This document shows positions 1 to 9,076 of a stretch of 64,000 bases of DNA, in pieces. The translations under genes and the position numbers were made by a program. This stretch comes from Spirochaetia bacterium (GTDB lineage Bacteria > Spirochaetota > Spirochaetia > UBA9216). The notes beneath the pieces are model-generated. The model ran no database searches and was not told where the DNA came from. It saw only the letters and a list, made by a program, of their open reading frames with translations. Location: assembly GCA_963675665.1 (NCBI GenBank), contig OY776510.1, forward strand, positions 1,024,001 through 1,088,000. Reading direction: 5' to 3'. Numbering within the stretch: position 1 is the stretch's first letter; each line of letters starts with the position of its first letter.

Positions 1-2
1 AG

Positions 3-974
3 GTTGACCAGAGATGAAACAATAAAACCGACCAAAAGCGGTTTTTTAATGTCGTTGCCGGACATTGTCTTAAAGCCGGTTCTGTCGAGAAAATTCCTGA
101 CCTGGTTTTCCAGACCTGTTTTATCGTTAAGTTCGTTTCTTTTCAGATCCTGCTTGATTATAAAATGCTGGCTGTAGGGAAAGATTGCAGCGCTTTCCGG
201 TTTTTCTGTTTCGATAATGCTGTCCAGGTATGAATTAGTTGTAATTTCAATCTTGTCAACGGGAATATTCAGCGCTTCTTTCATCAAAACAGGATCAAAT
301 ATCAGGCTGAAATTTTTGGAAGATTCGTCCCTGAGTTCGCCGCCGTAATCTACGGACATGTTTCCTTCAACCCAAAGCGCTTCGTCCAGCTGATCGAAGC
401 TGCCGCTGCCCAAATCGATTTTTACCGAGAACTCCCGGTTTTTTTTGCTGTTTTTAAAATTTACCAGCAATTCACCGTACGGCGTTGTTGTGAATACGGT
501 CGGATCGCTTGTGTAGCCGCAGAAGCCGTTTTTGGGATCATGGCTGTTAGTGTTGGTTTCATAATCGGATATAATCCAGGAAACCAGACCTGTTTCCCTG
601 TTTCGGGCAATAATATAAAACTCAAGCCGGGTGCCGATGAACGCCGAGGTCCGGGCTGAAAATGCGCTGAAAATGACCATCGGATATTTTTCTTCGTTAC
701 TGAAAAAGGAAGCCTCCGCCAGCTCGTATCCGTCGGGAAGCATTGCCTGTGCGGCGGCTGTGTCTTTTATTCTGTAAGAGAGAAAAAAGCAGTATGGATC
801 AACAATAAATCCCATATAGGGAATCTTTCTGCTTCCCTTTTCCATGATTTTATGCTGTGCTTTTTTTGACAGCAGTTTGTTAAAGTCGCCGAGAAAGCTA
901 ATCGCCGTAACATCCTGAGGTTTAACCAGTGATTCTGTTTTGTGAATAAAATCTCTGTTTTCTTCTCTATTCAT
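3..974 (-). CDS. Hypothetical protein, paralogue of 987..1991; possible acetoacetate-decarboxylase-like fold with C-terminal membrane anchor; 3' end runs off the window
   Basis: Not in the ORF track because it is open at the edge. Hand translation from ATG 974: MNREENRDFIHKTESLVKPQDV...KIPYMGFIVDPYCFFLSYRIKDTAAAQAMLPDGYEL...GTRLEFYIIARNRETGLVSWII...LWVEGN...LIFDP...FPYSQHFI, colinear with the neighbouring gene. Confidence 0.85.
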   Translation of the reverse strand, partial: MNREENRDFIHKTESLVKPQDVTAISFLGDFNKLLSKKAQHKIMEKGSRKIPYMGFIVDPYCFFLSYRIKDTAAAQAMLPDGYELAEASFFSNEEKYPMVIFSAFSARTSAFIGTRLEFYIIARNRETGLVSWIISDYETNTNSHDPKNGFCGYTSDPTVFTTTPYGELLVNFKNSKKNREFSVKIDLGSGSFDQLDEALWVEGNMSVDYGGELRDESSKNFSLIFDPVLMKEALNIPVDKIEITTNSYLDSIIETEKPESAAIFPYSQHFIIKQDLKRNELNDKTGLENQVRNFLDRTGFKTMSGNDIKKPLLVGFIVSSLVN

Positions 975-986
975 TTCAACCCGCCG

Positions 987-1991
987 TTAAATATTAAGAA
1001 TTAATAATATTAAAAGCAATAGTGATATTATGGGAGATATAAGAATACCGGCAAGAAAAAGTCTTTTAATTGATTTGGTGGAAAAGGTTTTTATCCCAGC
1101 CATCTCCGTCATTTTATTGTAATTTTTTATCAGATCACCGGTATTTTTTATATATGTTCGGCAGCCGGGGCTGTCCGCAATATAGTGTTGGGTAAACGGA
1201 AAACAGGCGACTTTTGCAAGGTCCTGCTCCGCGAAATCGGGAACCAGCGTGTTTTTTGTTATATTAAAATCCCCGGGAGGGATGTCCATGGCCCTTGAGA
1301 CTTCGGAAGGATCAAATATAACGGCAAAAGGGTCGTCGCCGTAATCGGAAATAGCTTTGATGTGTCCTATTGAGGTATTGCCGTTTACCCAAAGGGGCTG
1401 ATCGGGTCTCCGGATTATTCCGTTATTAATATTGCCTTTTAACACAAGCTGCCGGTCTGAGTTATCATCTTTTATATCGAGATAGATATCTCCTTTGGAG
1501 CTGGTCGTGAATATTGCGTTTTTACTGTTCGGATCAGCAATGCCCTCGGACGGCAATGCAATTATCGTGTTGCTCAGAATATCGAAGAATATCCAGGATA
1601 TAAGACCCGTCTGCCTGTCTCTTGCAATAAGGTAAGATTCCAGCCTTATTCCCCAGAACGTGCTTCCGCGTGTATTTAAATTTCCTATGCCGAAATAATA
1701 ATCGGGCTCATCCTCTTCAAACACCCTGGCCTTTACAAGCTCAAAACGGTCGGGAAGCAATGATTTTGCTTTTTCAATATCCTTAAGTTTGAAAAACAGA
1801 AACAGGCTGTAGGGCTCTATTACAAATCCCATATACGGGGTTTTTTTTGAAGTTTTAATCAGTAATTTCTTGAACAGGGCCTGCGGCATAAGCTTTCTGA
1901 AACCCTGGAAAAAGAAAAGATTGCAGACCTCCGCCGGATCAATTAATTCTTCTACTGTTCTGATAAACTTTTCTTCATTTTTTATCTGCAT
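987..1991 (-). CDS. Hypothetical protein with C-terminal TM helix; possible acetoacetate-decarboxylase-like fold
   Basis: 339-aa ORF. The likely start is ATG 1991 (MQIKNEEKF), preceded by GGAGAG. Motifs PYMGFVIEPY, KSLLPDRFEL, RLESYLIARD, FPFTQHY; hydrophobic C-terminus. Confidence 0.8.
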   Translation of the reverse strand: MQIKNEEKFIRTVEELIDPAEVCNLFFFQGFRKLMPQALFKKLLIKTSKKTPYMGFVIEPYSLFLFFKLKDIEKAKSLLPDRFELVKARVFEEDEPDYYFGIGNLNTRGSTFWGIRLESYLIARDRQTGLISWIFFDILSNTIIALPSEGIADPNSKNAIFTTSSKGDIYLDIKDDNSDRQLVLKGNINNGIIRRPDQPLWVNGNTSIGHIKAISDYGDDPFAVIFDPSEVSRAMDIPPGDFNITKNTLVPDFAEQDLAKVACFPFTQHYIADSPGCRTYIKNTGDLIKNYNKMTEMAGIKTFSTKSIKRLFLAGILISPIISLLLLILLILNI

Positions 1992-2080
1992 AAACAGGCT
2001 CTCCAAATAAAAATTTAGAAAATGAAGTCTATATATTACATAATTCTAATGCATTGCCGGAGCATTGTCAGCAATATATT

Positions 2081-2527
2081 CTAAAAAACTCCTGATGAAA
2101 ACAGGCTGATAAAAAGAGCCGCCAAAAAAACCAGAATAAATACAGTTATCATTATTAAAAGGGTTCTTGAATATCCTTCCGGAGTGATTGAATGCTGTTT
2201 GTCCATCTCGCGGATTGCCGGGTATAGCCGCCAGTAGAACGATGCAATCGACAAAATAAGCGCTGCGACTGCAAAGAACCTTGTATTCCGGCTGCCTGTA
2301 ATAAGCACGACAATCAGGAGGGCTATAAAAATCAGCTTGGTTCCTGCAACCCAGTTAATAAGATATTTTATAAATGTATGGATCTCCGGAAATTCCTTTG
2401 ATTTTTCATATGCATTGAAAATTCCGACCCCGTTTCCTTTTTTTGAACCGGGCGCAAAATAAAGCATAATAATATTCATTGTTTCGATAACTATGAATAG
2501 AATAATCACGACAGACAGTGCGTCCAT
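2081..2527 (-). CDS. Small integral membrane protein (about 4 TM), unknown function
   Basis: 148-aa ORF with four hydrophobic segments; GGAG upstream of the ATG. Confidence 0.8.
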   Translation of the reverse strand: MDALSVVIILFIVIETMNIIMLYFAPGSKKGNGVGIFNAYEKSKEFPEIHTFIKYLINWVAGTKLIFIALLIVVLITGSRNTRFFAVAALILSIASFYWRLYPAIREMDKQHSITPEGYSRTLLIMITVFILVFLAALFISLFSSGVF

Positions 2528-2627
2528 GCAGTTTCTCCGTATTAAAGATTGATAGTCAGTTTTCTCTTAATGTCATTAACTATTTTAATCTATATTTATC
2601 TGAATTATCTATGCTAAAATAGGCTTA

Positions 2628-3380
2628 ATGATAATAAAAAAGGTCCCTGCAATTATTATCCTGCAGCTGTTCTGTATTTCAATGTTACTGTCAGCCTATG
2701 ATTTAAATATATTATCCGAACAGTACCGGAATCTTCTTGAAAGGTGGATAAACAATGAGACAAGCCGTGAACAGGCTTTACTGGAGCTGTCGAATATTGA
2801 AACGGAGCTGTCCGGCGGCTCTTTAGACCGCGAAGTTCTTTACTGGAAATCAAAATTCTCCTTTTTCAGGGGTCAGATCCATTATGAGCTGGGCGATAAA
2901 GAGCTTTCCGTCGCAGAGTTGAAAAAATGTCTTGATTATGCTGAACAGGCGAATAAGATTATGGAAGATAGTGAAATTATAGGCATAATGGCGGAAGCAA
3001 ACAGCCTTCTGCTGCTGCAGATGGATTTTCTTTACAAAGCCGCGAATTATAATGTGACGATGAATCTTGTAAGCAGAGCGCTTAAGCTTGATCCGGCAAA
3101 CTCAAAAGCCGGGTTTGTGAAAGCCCAGTATCTTTGTAATGCTCCCCCGATTGCCGGCGGAGATCTCGAGGAGGGGATTCGCCTTTTTAAAACACTTGTT
3201 AACCGGTCTGATTTGGAAGATTTTGACAGATTCTATGTTCTGCAGGGTCTGGCCGAGGTGTATGAAAATGACGGCAGAATAAACGAAGCTGCGGATCTGT
3301 GCAGACAGGCTCTGATGCTGTTTCCCGGAAACAGGAAATGTAATTCTCTCCCAGTTAAAAACCCAGCTCCTCGCCTATGA
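2628..3380 (+). CDS. Exported tetratricopeptide-repeat protein
   Basis: Signal-peptide-like N-terminus; TPR-like helices (ALKLDPANSKA, LAEVYENDGRINEAADLCRQALMLFPGN). Confidence 0.75.
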   Translation: MIIKKVPAIIILQLFCISMLLSAYDLNILSEQYRNLLERWINNETSREQALLELSNIETELSGGSLDREVLYWKSKFSFFRGQIHYELGDKELSVAELKKCLDYAEQANKIMEDSEIIGIMAEANSLLLLQMDFLYKAANYNVTMNLVSRALKLDPANSKAGFVKAQYLCNAPPIAGGDLEEGIRLFKTLVNRSDLEDFDRFYVLQGLAEVYENDGRINEAADLCRQALMLFPGNRKCNSLPVKNPAPRL

Positions 3381-4095
3381 GCACAACATGAAAATCGGAA
3401 TCATCGGGTTTCCTGTGTATTATATTTGTAATATTGCAGTATCTTTGATCGGATCTGCAATCAAGACATTTTCCGCTTTTATTACAGGCCAGTTCATTAC
3501 CATATTTGATGTTGTTCATCTGTGCCGCCACAAAACGAATCCTTTCAAGCCCCGAGTCCAGGTCTTTTACAATCTTGTTGGCGCCGGCAATAACTATTAT
3601 TCTATCCGAGCCGTAAAGACTTCCGGCAATTCTGTTTCCGGTGCCGTCGATGTTTATTATCTGGCCGTCAATCGTTATCGCATTTGCTCCGAGCATGAAA
3701 ACATCAGCAACAAGGTATTGCATAAGAATCTCTCTCGTTTCCTCCTTGTTGCCCATGATTTTAAATCCCGGGGTCTTGTGTTCAAACGCATGGTTGTTTA
3801 CGGCACAGGTGTGGGGGATAACAACACAATTCTTTTTTTCCAGGTCGTCATCCAATTCAAGGGCGAAAACGGTATGCGAGTCTCCGCACCCGACAATTCC
3901 GTCCTCCGGAATTAAATCCAGAACAAGCTTTCCGGCTTCGGTTATTGAATCACAGTAATGCGCTGTAAAATTGTTTTTGATAAGGTTCTTTACAGTTATT
4001 TTGCATTGCTGTCTGAAGTAATCTTTTTTGATAGAGCTTCTGTTAAAAGCTTCACCCCTCAGTTTGGGTAATTTAAAATTATGTAAATCAAGCAT
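3355..4095 (-). CDS. LUD-domain (LutC/YkgG-like lactate utilisation family) protein with C-terminal Cys cluster
   Basis: GANAIT-DGQIINIDGTGNR, IAGANKIV and C-x5-C-x2-C-x6-C motifs typical of this family. Confidence 0.8.
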   Translation of the reverse strand: MLDLHNFKLPKLRGEAFNRSSIKKDYFRQQCKITVKNLIKNNFTAHYCDSITEAGKLVLDLIPEDGIVGCGDSHTVFALELDDDLEKKNCVVIPHTCAVNNHAFEHKTPGFKIMGNKEETREILMQYLVADVFMLGANAITIDGQIINIDGTGNRIAGSLYGSDRIIVIAGANKIVKDLDSGLERIRFVAAQMNNIKYGNELACNKSGKCLDCRSDQRYCNITNIIHRKPDDSDFHVVLIGEELGF

Positions 4096-4136
4096 ATGTT
4101 ATCTCCCTGTAATTGAAAAGTGGCGGATTATTGAAC

Positions 4137-4484
4137 TCAAATTGATTGCATTGCTTCTTCTATACTGTCATACATATCAATGACCTGATCAAGGCGGGTA
4201 AGCTTAAAAATATTTCCGGGAATCTCTGATAATCCTGCAAGTTTGAGCCATCCTTCTGCTTCGCGGGTACTTTTTAATGCAGAAACAAAAATTGCCAGTC
4301 CTGAACTGTCCAGGAAGGTGATGCCTGATAGATCAAAAACAAGTTCATTATATCCCTGACCGATGAGATCCTGCAGGTATTCTTTGATATCTCCTGAATT
4401 TGAAGCTGTGAGTCGGCCGGAAATTGTTATCAGGTTTCTGTTGCCGGTAATCTTCTCATTTTCTATAAGATGGTTCTCTTCCAT
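4137..4484 (-). CDS. STAS-domain anti-sigma-factor antagonist (RsbV/SpoIIAA family)
   Basis: SGRL...LVFDLSGITFLDSSGL with the conserved phosphoacceptor Ser; IFKLTRLD. Confidence 0.93.
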   Translation of the reverse strand: MEENHLIENEKITGNRNLITISGRLTASNSGDIKEYLQDLIGQGYNELVFDLSGITFLDSSGLAIFVSALKSTREAEGWLKLAGLSEIPGNIFKLTRLDQVIDMYDSIEEAMQSI

Positions 4485-4498
4485 ATTTCTCTCCTTGA

Positions 4499-6436
4499 TT
4501 ATTCATCTTTCTCATTCATTAATTCCGGATCCGGTTGGGGGTTCCAGTTTTCCGGAAGAGTGAATACAGCTGCTCTTACGATTGTGCTGAGATTAATACT
4601 ATTATACAAAGCCCAGAAAATATTTATTCCCAGTCCTAACGGAGCATATGCTGTTCCTGAAACAATTAAGATTATAGAGTATAAGGATGCTCCGCAGGAA
4701 ATCAGGATGATAAGTAATTGAATTCTAACAAGATGAAGGAATCTGCCGGACTGCCTTTCTTTCGGAGTTACAACGAACCGGGGTTTTCGTCCCAGAAGAA
4801 CACTGACAATAGCTTTAATCCAGACAGGAAATAATGCAAGAGAGTATTGTTCGCCCCTTCGAACACTGGTTCCGTGTGAAATATATTTGAACATCAGTCT
4901 GTTAAACAGTAAAAACGGAACAAGTCTCCAGAGGAATTCCGCGGAGTAGGTGGCCACCGGCGCTATACGTGTAGTAAGGTAAATTAACGGAGATATAATA
5001 AATATTAAACTTGCAAATCCGCTGAAATATGAGTAGATCGTTGTAAAATACTGAAGCCGTTGAAAGAACGAAAGCCCCTTTACCATCAACGGATTTTCTT
5101 TTAAAAGGACCTGGATTGTTCCCTGTGCCCATCGTAATCTTTGTGATAAAACCGAACCGAGATCTTCTGGCGCCAATCCCTGCGCAAGAATTTCGTTATG
5201 ATAAATACTCTTCCATCCGAGAGAATGCAACCGTATAGAGCTTGCCATATCTTCTGTTATACTGAATGTAGCGAGAGGAAGAATGGGTATCGCTTCATCA
5301 GGCCGGGTTATCTCGAGGGTTGCCAAAAGCTCATCTGAAAGTCCGGGGAGTTTTTCTCCGGGATTTTTAACAACAAATTCTGTTTTACTGATATCATTCC
5401 TGATTTTATCAAAAACCCTGGCAACGGGTTTTTCAGTTTTAAGCATTTCATTTGATTCATACAGTGTCTTTTTAAGGGTTGATGCAAATGATTTTTCCAG
5501 TGTATTTTTTGGCCGGTACCGGGCAAGTTCATGCTGCATAAGCAAAAGGTTTTTTTTCGCCTGTTGAATTACGGTTCTTGAATATTCAATAATTCCAAGC
5601 TGAAGCAGTGCTTCCCGGCGCAGCAGAGCGTTAGAACCGCAGAAAAAAGCGGAATTCCAGCCGTCTTTACCTTCAAGAATTGGACCGTAAAAAAGTTTTG
5701 CATCCGAACCGAAAGGGTCTCCGGGAGGTGTATTGTAGAAATGCTGAGGAGTCTGCACAAAAGCAACCTTCTCGTCACTGAAGTATCCTATGGTTTTTCT
5801 AACTATCTGCGGCGATGGTATCTGATCTGCATCAAGCATCAAAATAAAATCACCCGATGTTTGAAGTAGCGCATTATTTACATTCCCGGCCTTGGCATGC
5901 ATGGGTTTCCCTTTCCAGTTTTCGCCGCGGGTTATAACCTTACAGTCATATTTTTCGGCCAGAGTTTTTATAGCTGGTCTGTTTCCGTCATCAAGAACAT
6001 ATATTATTTTTTCGGGCCAGAGGATTTTCTGTGCGGCTTGCATTGTCAAAGCGACAAGTTCCGGGGGTTCGTTGTATGTGGTGATGAAAACATCCACAGA
6101 GGCGGAAGCCGGCGGTTCCGGTGGTTTTCGGTTTACAGGTTTCCACATCATCAGCGCAAATAATATGGAATCAAAGTAGGAATATGTTTCAGCTGCTACA
6201 AGGGGAATAGCAAACCATAGAGCATTAAGGTTTAAGCTGTATCGGTAACGCCAGTAAAGATAATATGTGGCAAGGATAACCGTACAGCAAGCTAATATGC
6301 GAAAGCCTGCCGTTTTTTTCTTTACCTGATCCTTGTATTTTATAAGCCTTGTAATAATCAGGGCAACCAGAAATAGTGTAATGATTATACCTGTTATCAG
6401 GATTGTTTTATATTCAGGCAGTAAAAGAGTTTTCAT
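4499..6436 (-). CDS. bcsA: Processive GT2 beta-glucan synthase, cellulose synthase BcsA/CesA-like, lacking PilZ and carrying a ~100-aa insertion before TED
   Basis: VDVFITTYNE, LDDG, HAKAGN, LDADQ, VQTPQ, FFCGS, TED, QRLRW and FVVTPK motifs; N- and C-terminal TM helices; no RxxxR PilZ tail. Confidence 0.88.
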   Translation of the reverse strand: MKTLLLPEYKTILITGIIITLFLVALIITRLIKYKDQVKKKTAGFRILACCTVILATYYLYWRYRYSLNLNALWFAIPLVAAETYSYFDSILFALMMWKPVNRKPPEPPASASVDVFITTYNEPPELVALTMQAAQKILWPEKIIYVLDDGNRPAIKTLAEKYDCKVITRGENWKGKPMHAKAGNVNNALLQTSGDFILMLDADQIPSPQIVRKTIGYFSDEKVAFVQTPQHFYNTPPGDPFGSDAKLFYGPILEGKDGWNSAFFCGSNALLRREALLQLGIIEYSRTVIQQAKKNLLLMQHELARYRPKNTLEKSFASTLKKTLYESNEMLKTEKPVARVFDKIRNDISKTEFVVKNPGEKLPGLSDELLATLEITRPDEAIPILPLATFSITEDMASSIRLHSLGWKSIYHNEILAQGLAPEDLGSVLSQRLRWAQGTIQVLLKENPLMVKGLSFFQRLQYFTTIYSYFSGFASLIFIISPLIYLTTRIAPVATYSAEFLWRLVPFLLFNRLMFKYISHGTSVRRGEQYSLALFPVWIKAIVSVLLGRKPRFVVTPKERQSGRFLHLVRIQLLIILISCGASLYSIILIVSGTAYAPLGLGINIFWALYNSINLSTIVRAAVFTLPENWNPQPDPELMNEKDE

Positions 6437-6437
6437 A

Positions 6438-8312
6438 TCATCTCCTTTTTACGATATGCCAATGGTTACCTTGCGGTTCGACAGCGGTATGGGTAAATTC
6501 ATCGGAAAGGTTCTGTATTATTCTTAGCCCATGACCTCCCTCTTTTAGAAGATCCTCAGCCTTTGCCGGTTGAAGATCACTTGTAAATACAGGAGCAGTA
6601 TCGTAAAGATCAAGTTCCGCCTTGTCGGTATTAAGAGAGAGTTTAAGTGATACACAACCGTCAAAATTCTTGTGTGAATGCATTATTACGTTTGTAAATA
6701 GCTCGGAAGCGGAAAGTTCCATTGCATAAGAAAATTCCTGTCCATATGCCGAACAGCCGTTACGGACAATCGTGTTCATCGCCTCAAGATTTTCAAGTTT
6801 TGCTTCAAAAGAGTATTGTAAAGTTCGGGGTTTTGCAATAAAAGTAATCAGTGAGATATCGTCTGAAAGAGGTGTTTCTTTCCTGAAATCCGATACAGCT
6901 TTAATAATAGATTGGAGCCTGTCTTCTGCATTCGGAAAAGACGATGTCGTGATTGTTTCAATTAATCTGTCCATCCCGAAGAGTTCCCATTGTTCATTAT
7001 GAGCTTCCGTAATACCGTCGCTGTAAAGAATAAAAGTATCTCCCGGTGCCAGACAGGCGCTTGTTTCTGAATATTCAACCTCATCCAGGACTCCCAGAGG
7101 GATTCCTGTCGGAGACAGTAACTCAATTGAATTTTCATAAAAGCGCAACAGTATAGCCTGAGTATGTCCTGCACTGGAATAAATGAGTTCGGAAGTGTCC
7201 GGGTTAAACACAGCTGTAAAAAAAGTTACGAACTTCTCTGCCTGGCTAAGCTGGTTGTACAATTTATGATTAATCTCATGGAGAAATGAAGCCGGAGTCT
7301 CTGCGGGAGTTACTCCGGATTGTATCAGTGTTTTAATGGAGGAGGCCAGCATCGCTGCCGGAACACCTTTGCCGGAAATATCGGCCATGGCAAAAAAGCA
7401 CTTATTATCCGGCTGCAGGAAGCAGTCGTAAAGATCTCCGCTGACATATCTTGCGGGTATCGCAAGTGCGGATATATCAAATCCGTCTAATTCAGGAAGG
7501 ACTGTTGGCAGAAGGCTTGTTTGAACTTTTCCTGCCAAATCTATATCCCTGTGAAGTAAGGCAAGGTGTTCCTGAATCATTTTTTCCGTCTTTTTCCTGT
7601 CGCTTATGTCCTGCATTATAGCAACAAAGTAAGACAATTCACCCTGAGGGTTGTATACCGGAGCAATGGTTTGTTCAACAGTATACAAGGTTCCTTCGGG
7701 TTTCCGGTTTACAACTTCTCCGGTCCATACCATTCCGGAGTTTAAGGTATCTATTATGGATGTAAAAAAATTCTCACTGTGTACTCCGGAGCTTAGAATC
7801 TTTGGCGTTCTGCCTTCTATCTCTTTTCTTGTAAATCCGGAAATTTTTAAAAATGAAGAATTGACCCAGGTTACTACTTTATTTTTATTCATCAGGTAAA
7901 TTCCGTTTGCAGCCGCTTCCATGGCGGTATAACTGACCCGAAGCTGCTCTTCCTGTTCTTTCAGAAGAGTGATATCCCTTCCGGCTGCATAGAACAGGTT
8001 TTTCCACTTGTGAGGAATTATGTTCCACTGTATCCAGCGGAATTCATTTGCCTGATCTATATATTGTGTATCAAATGTAAAACTCTTTTTTTCATGTCTT
8101 GCTTTTTTTAATTGAATTTTAAAATCATTTTTATATTCACCCGGAAAAAAATCGTAAAGCGGAAGCCCTAAAGGCTTAATCCCGTTATTTGGGAATGTTT
8201 TACAGAACGAAGTATTAATTTTCTTCAGACGGCCGTCGTCCCTGATTATTGCAGAAGGGTCTGCAGAGAATGTGAAGAACCTGTTTATATTATTAAATTC
8301 CGGCAATGCCAT
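6438..8312 (-). CDS. PAS-PAS-SpoIIE/PP2C phosphatase-RsbW-like Ser kinase fusion
   Basis: Two PAS/PAC units (ending RDIT and QDIS); PP2C motifs SGDLYD, ADISGKGVPAA, YSDGITEA, SDDIS; C-terminal HATPase (ELFTNVIMH, YDTAPVF, EGGHGL). Confidence 0.9.
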   Translation of the reverse strand: MALPEFNNINRFFTFSADPSAIIRDDGRLKKINTSFCKTFPNNGIKPLGLPLYDFFPGEYKNDFKIQLKKARHEKKSFTFDTQYIDQANEFRWIQWNIIPHKWKNLFYAAGRDITLLKEQEEQLRVSYTAMEAAANGIYLMNKNKVVTWVNSSFLKISGFTRKEIEGRTPKILSSGVHSENFFTSIIDTLNSGMVWTGEVVNRKPEGTLYTVEQTIAPVYNPQGELSYFVAIMQDISDRKKTEKMIQEHLALLHRDIDLAGKVQTSLLPTVLPELDGFDISALAIPARYVSGDLYDCFLQPDNKCFFAMADISGKGVPAAMLASSIKTLIQSGVTPAETPASFLHEINHKLYNQLSQAEKFVTFFTAVFNPDTSELIYSSAGHTQAILLRFYENSIELLSPTGIPLGVLDEVEYSETSACLAPGDTFILYSDGITEAHNEQWELFGMDRLIETITTSSFPNAEDRLQSIIKAVSDFRKETPLSDDISLITFIAKPRTLQYSFEAKLENLEAMNTIVRNGCSAYGQEFSYAMELSASELFTNVIMHSHKNFDGCVSLKLSLNTDKAELDLYDTAPVFTSDLQPAKAEDLLKEGGHGLRIIQNLSDEFTHTAVEPQGNHWHIVKRR

Positions 8313-8376
8313 TTATCTAAATATATCATGGTTACTTCTATTGACTCTAATAAAATTTCCGTCAATAAATTAATAT

Positions 8377-8961
8377 ATGGAATTATTGTCAATTATCGCA
8401 ATAGCTGTGGGACTTTCTTTGGATGCTTTTGCAGTTTCCGTTACAAATAGTACCGTAATCAAGGATCTTGAGTTAAAGCATGGACTGAGAATGTCATTAT
8501 TTTTTGGTTTCTTCCAGATGATAATGCCTATATTGGGCTGGGCGGCGGGTTTAACATTCAACAGTTATATTCAAAGATTTGATCACTGGATTGCCTTCGG
8601 GTTGCTCTTTTTTGTAGGGGGCAGAATGATCCTTTCTGAAATAACTTCCGGAAAAAATGACGATGAAAATGGTTGCAGGGAAGAAAGCAGTCAGGATTGC
8701 CGAAACCTTCCTACATTATTTTTATTGTCGATTGCTACAAGTATTGATGCACTGGCTGTCGGTTTGAGCTTTGCTATGATTAATATTGCTATTGTCGGCC
8801 CGGCGGTAATTATCGGTGTAATCACTTTTTTAATTTCATTTTTCGGATATTTTCTTGGAAATCGTATAGGACATAAAATTAATTTTTCCCTTGATGTAAC
8901 AGGAGGTATTATTCTTATTGCGATAGGGGTAAAAATATTAATAGAGCATATATTTTTTTAG
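8377..8961 (+). CDS. mntP: Manganese efflux pump MntP
   Basis: GLSLDAFAVS, FGFFQMIMP-LGW, DHWIAFGLL and ATSIDALAVG are MntP/YebN signature motifs. Confidence 0.93.
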   Translation: MELLSIIAIAVGLSLDAFAVSVTNSTVIKDLELKHGLRMSLFFGFFQMIMPILGWAAGLTFNSYIQRFDHWIAFGLLFFVGGRMILSEITSGKNDDENGCREESSQDCRNLPTLFLLSIATSIDALAVGLSFAMINIAIVGPAVIIGVITFLISFFGYFLGNRIGHKINFSLDVTGGIILIAIGVKILIEHIFF

Positions 8962-9076
8962 TATTAAAAACTGCTTTAGATGCGAACTTTCATACATTAT
9001 TATTAAAACAGTAATAACCATTTCATGTTTTTTGTATGGTATAATCTACGGATTATCAGGTTTAACGGGAGGGAAT

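Noticed and set aside
3355-3380. 26-bp convergent overlap of the TPR and LUD genes
   Set aside because: Short 3' overlaps are common. It may reflect a lost stop codon, but nothing supports a function.
8313-8376. Expected yybP-ykoY Mn riboswitch upstream of mntP
   Set aside because: The intergenic region is only 64 bp, AT-rich and shared with a divergent gene, with no room or motif for the aptamer.
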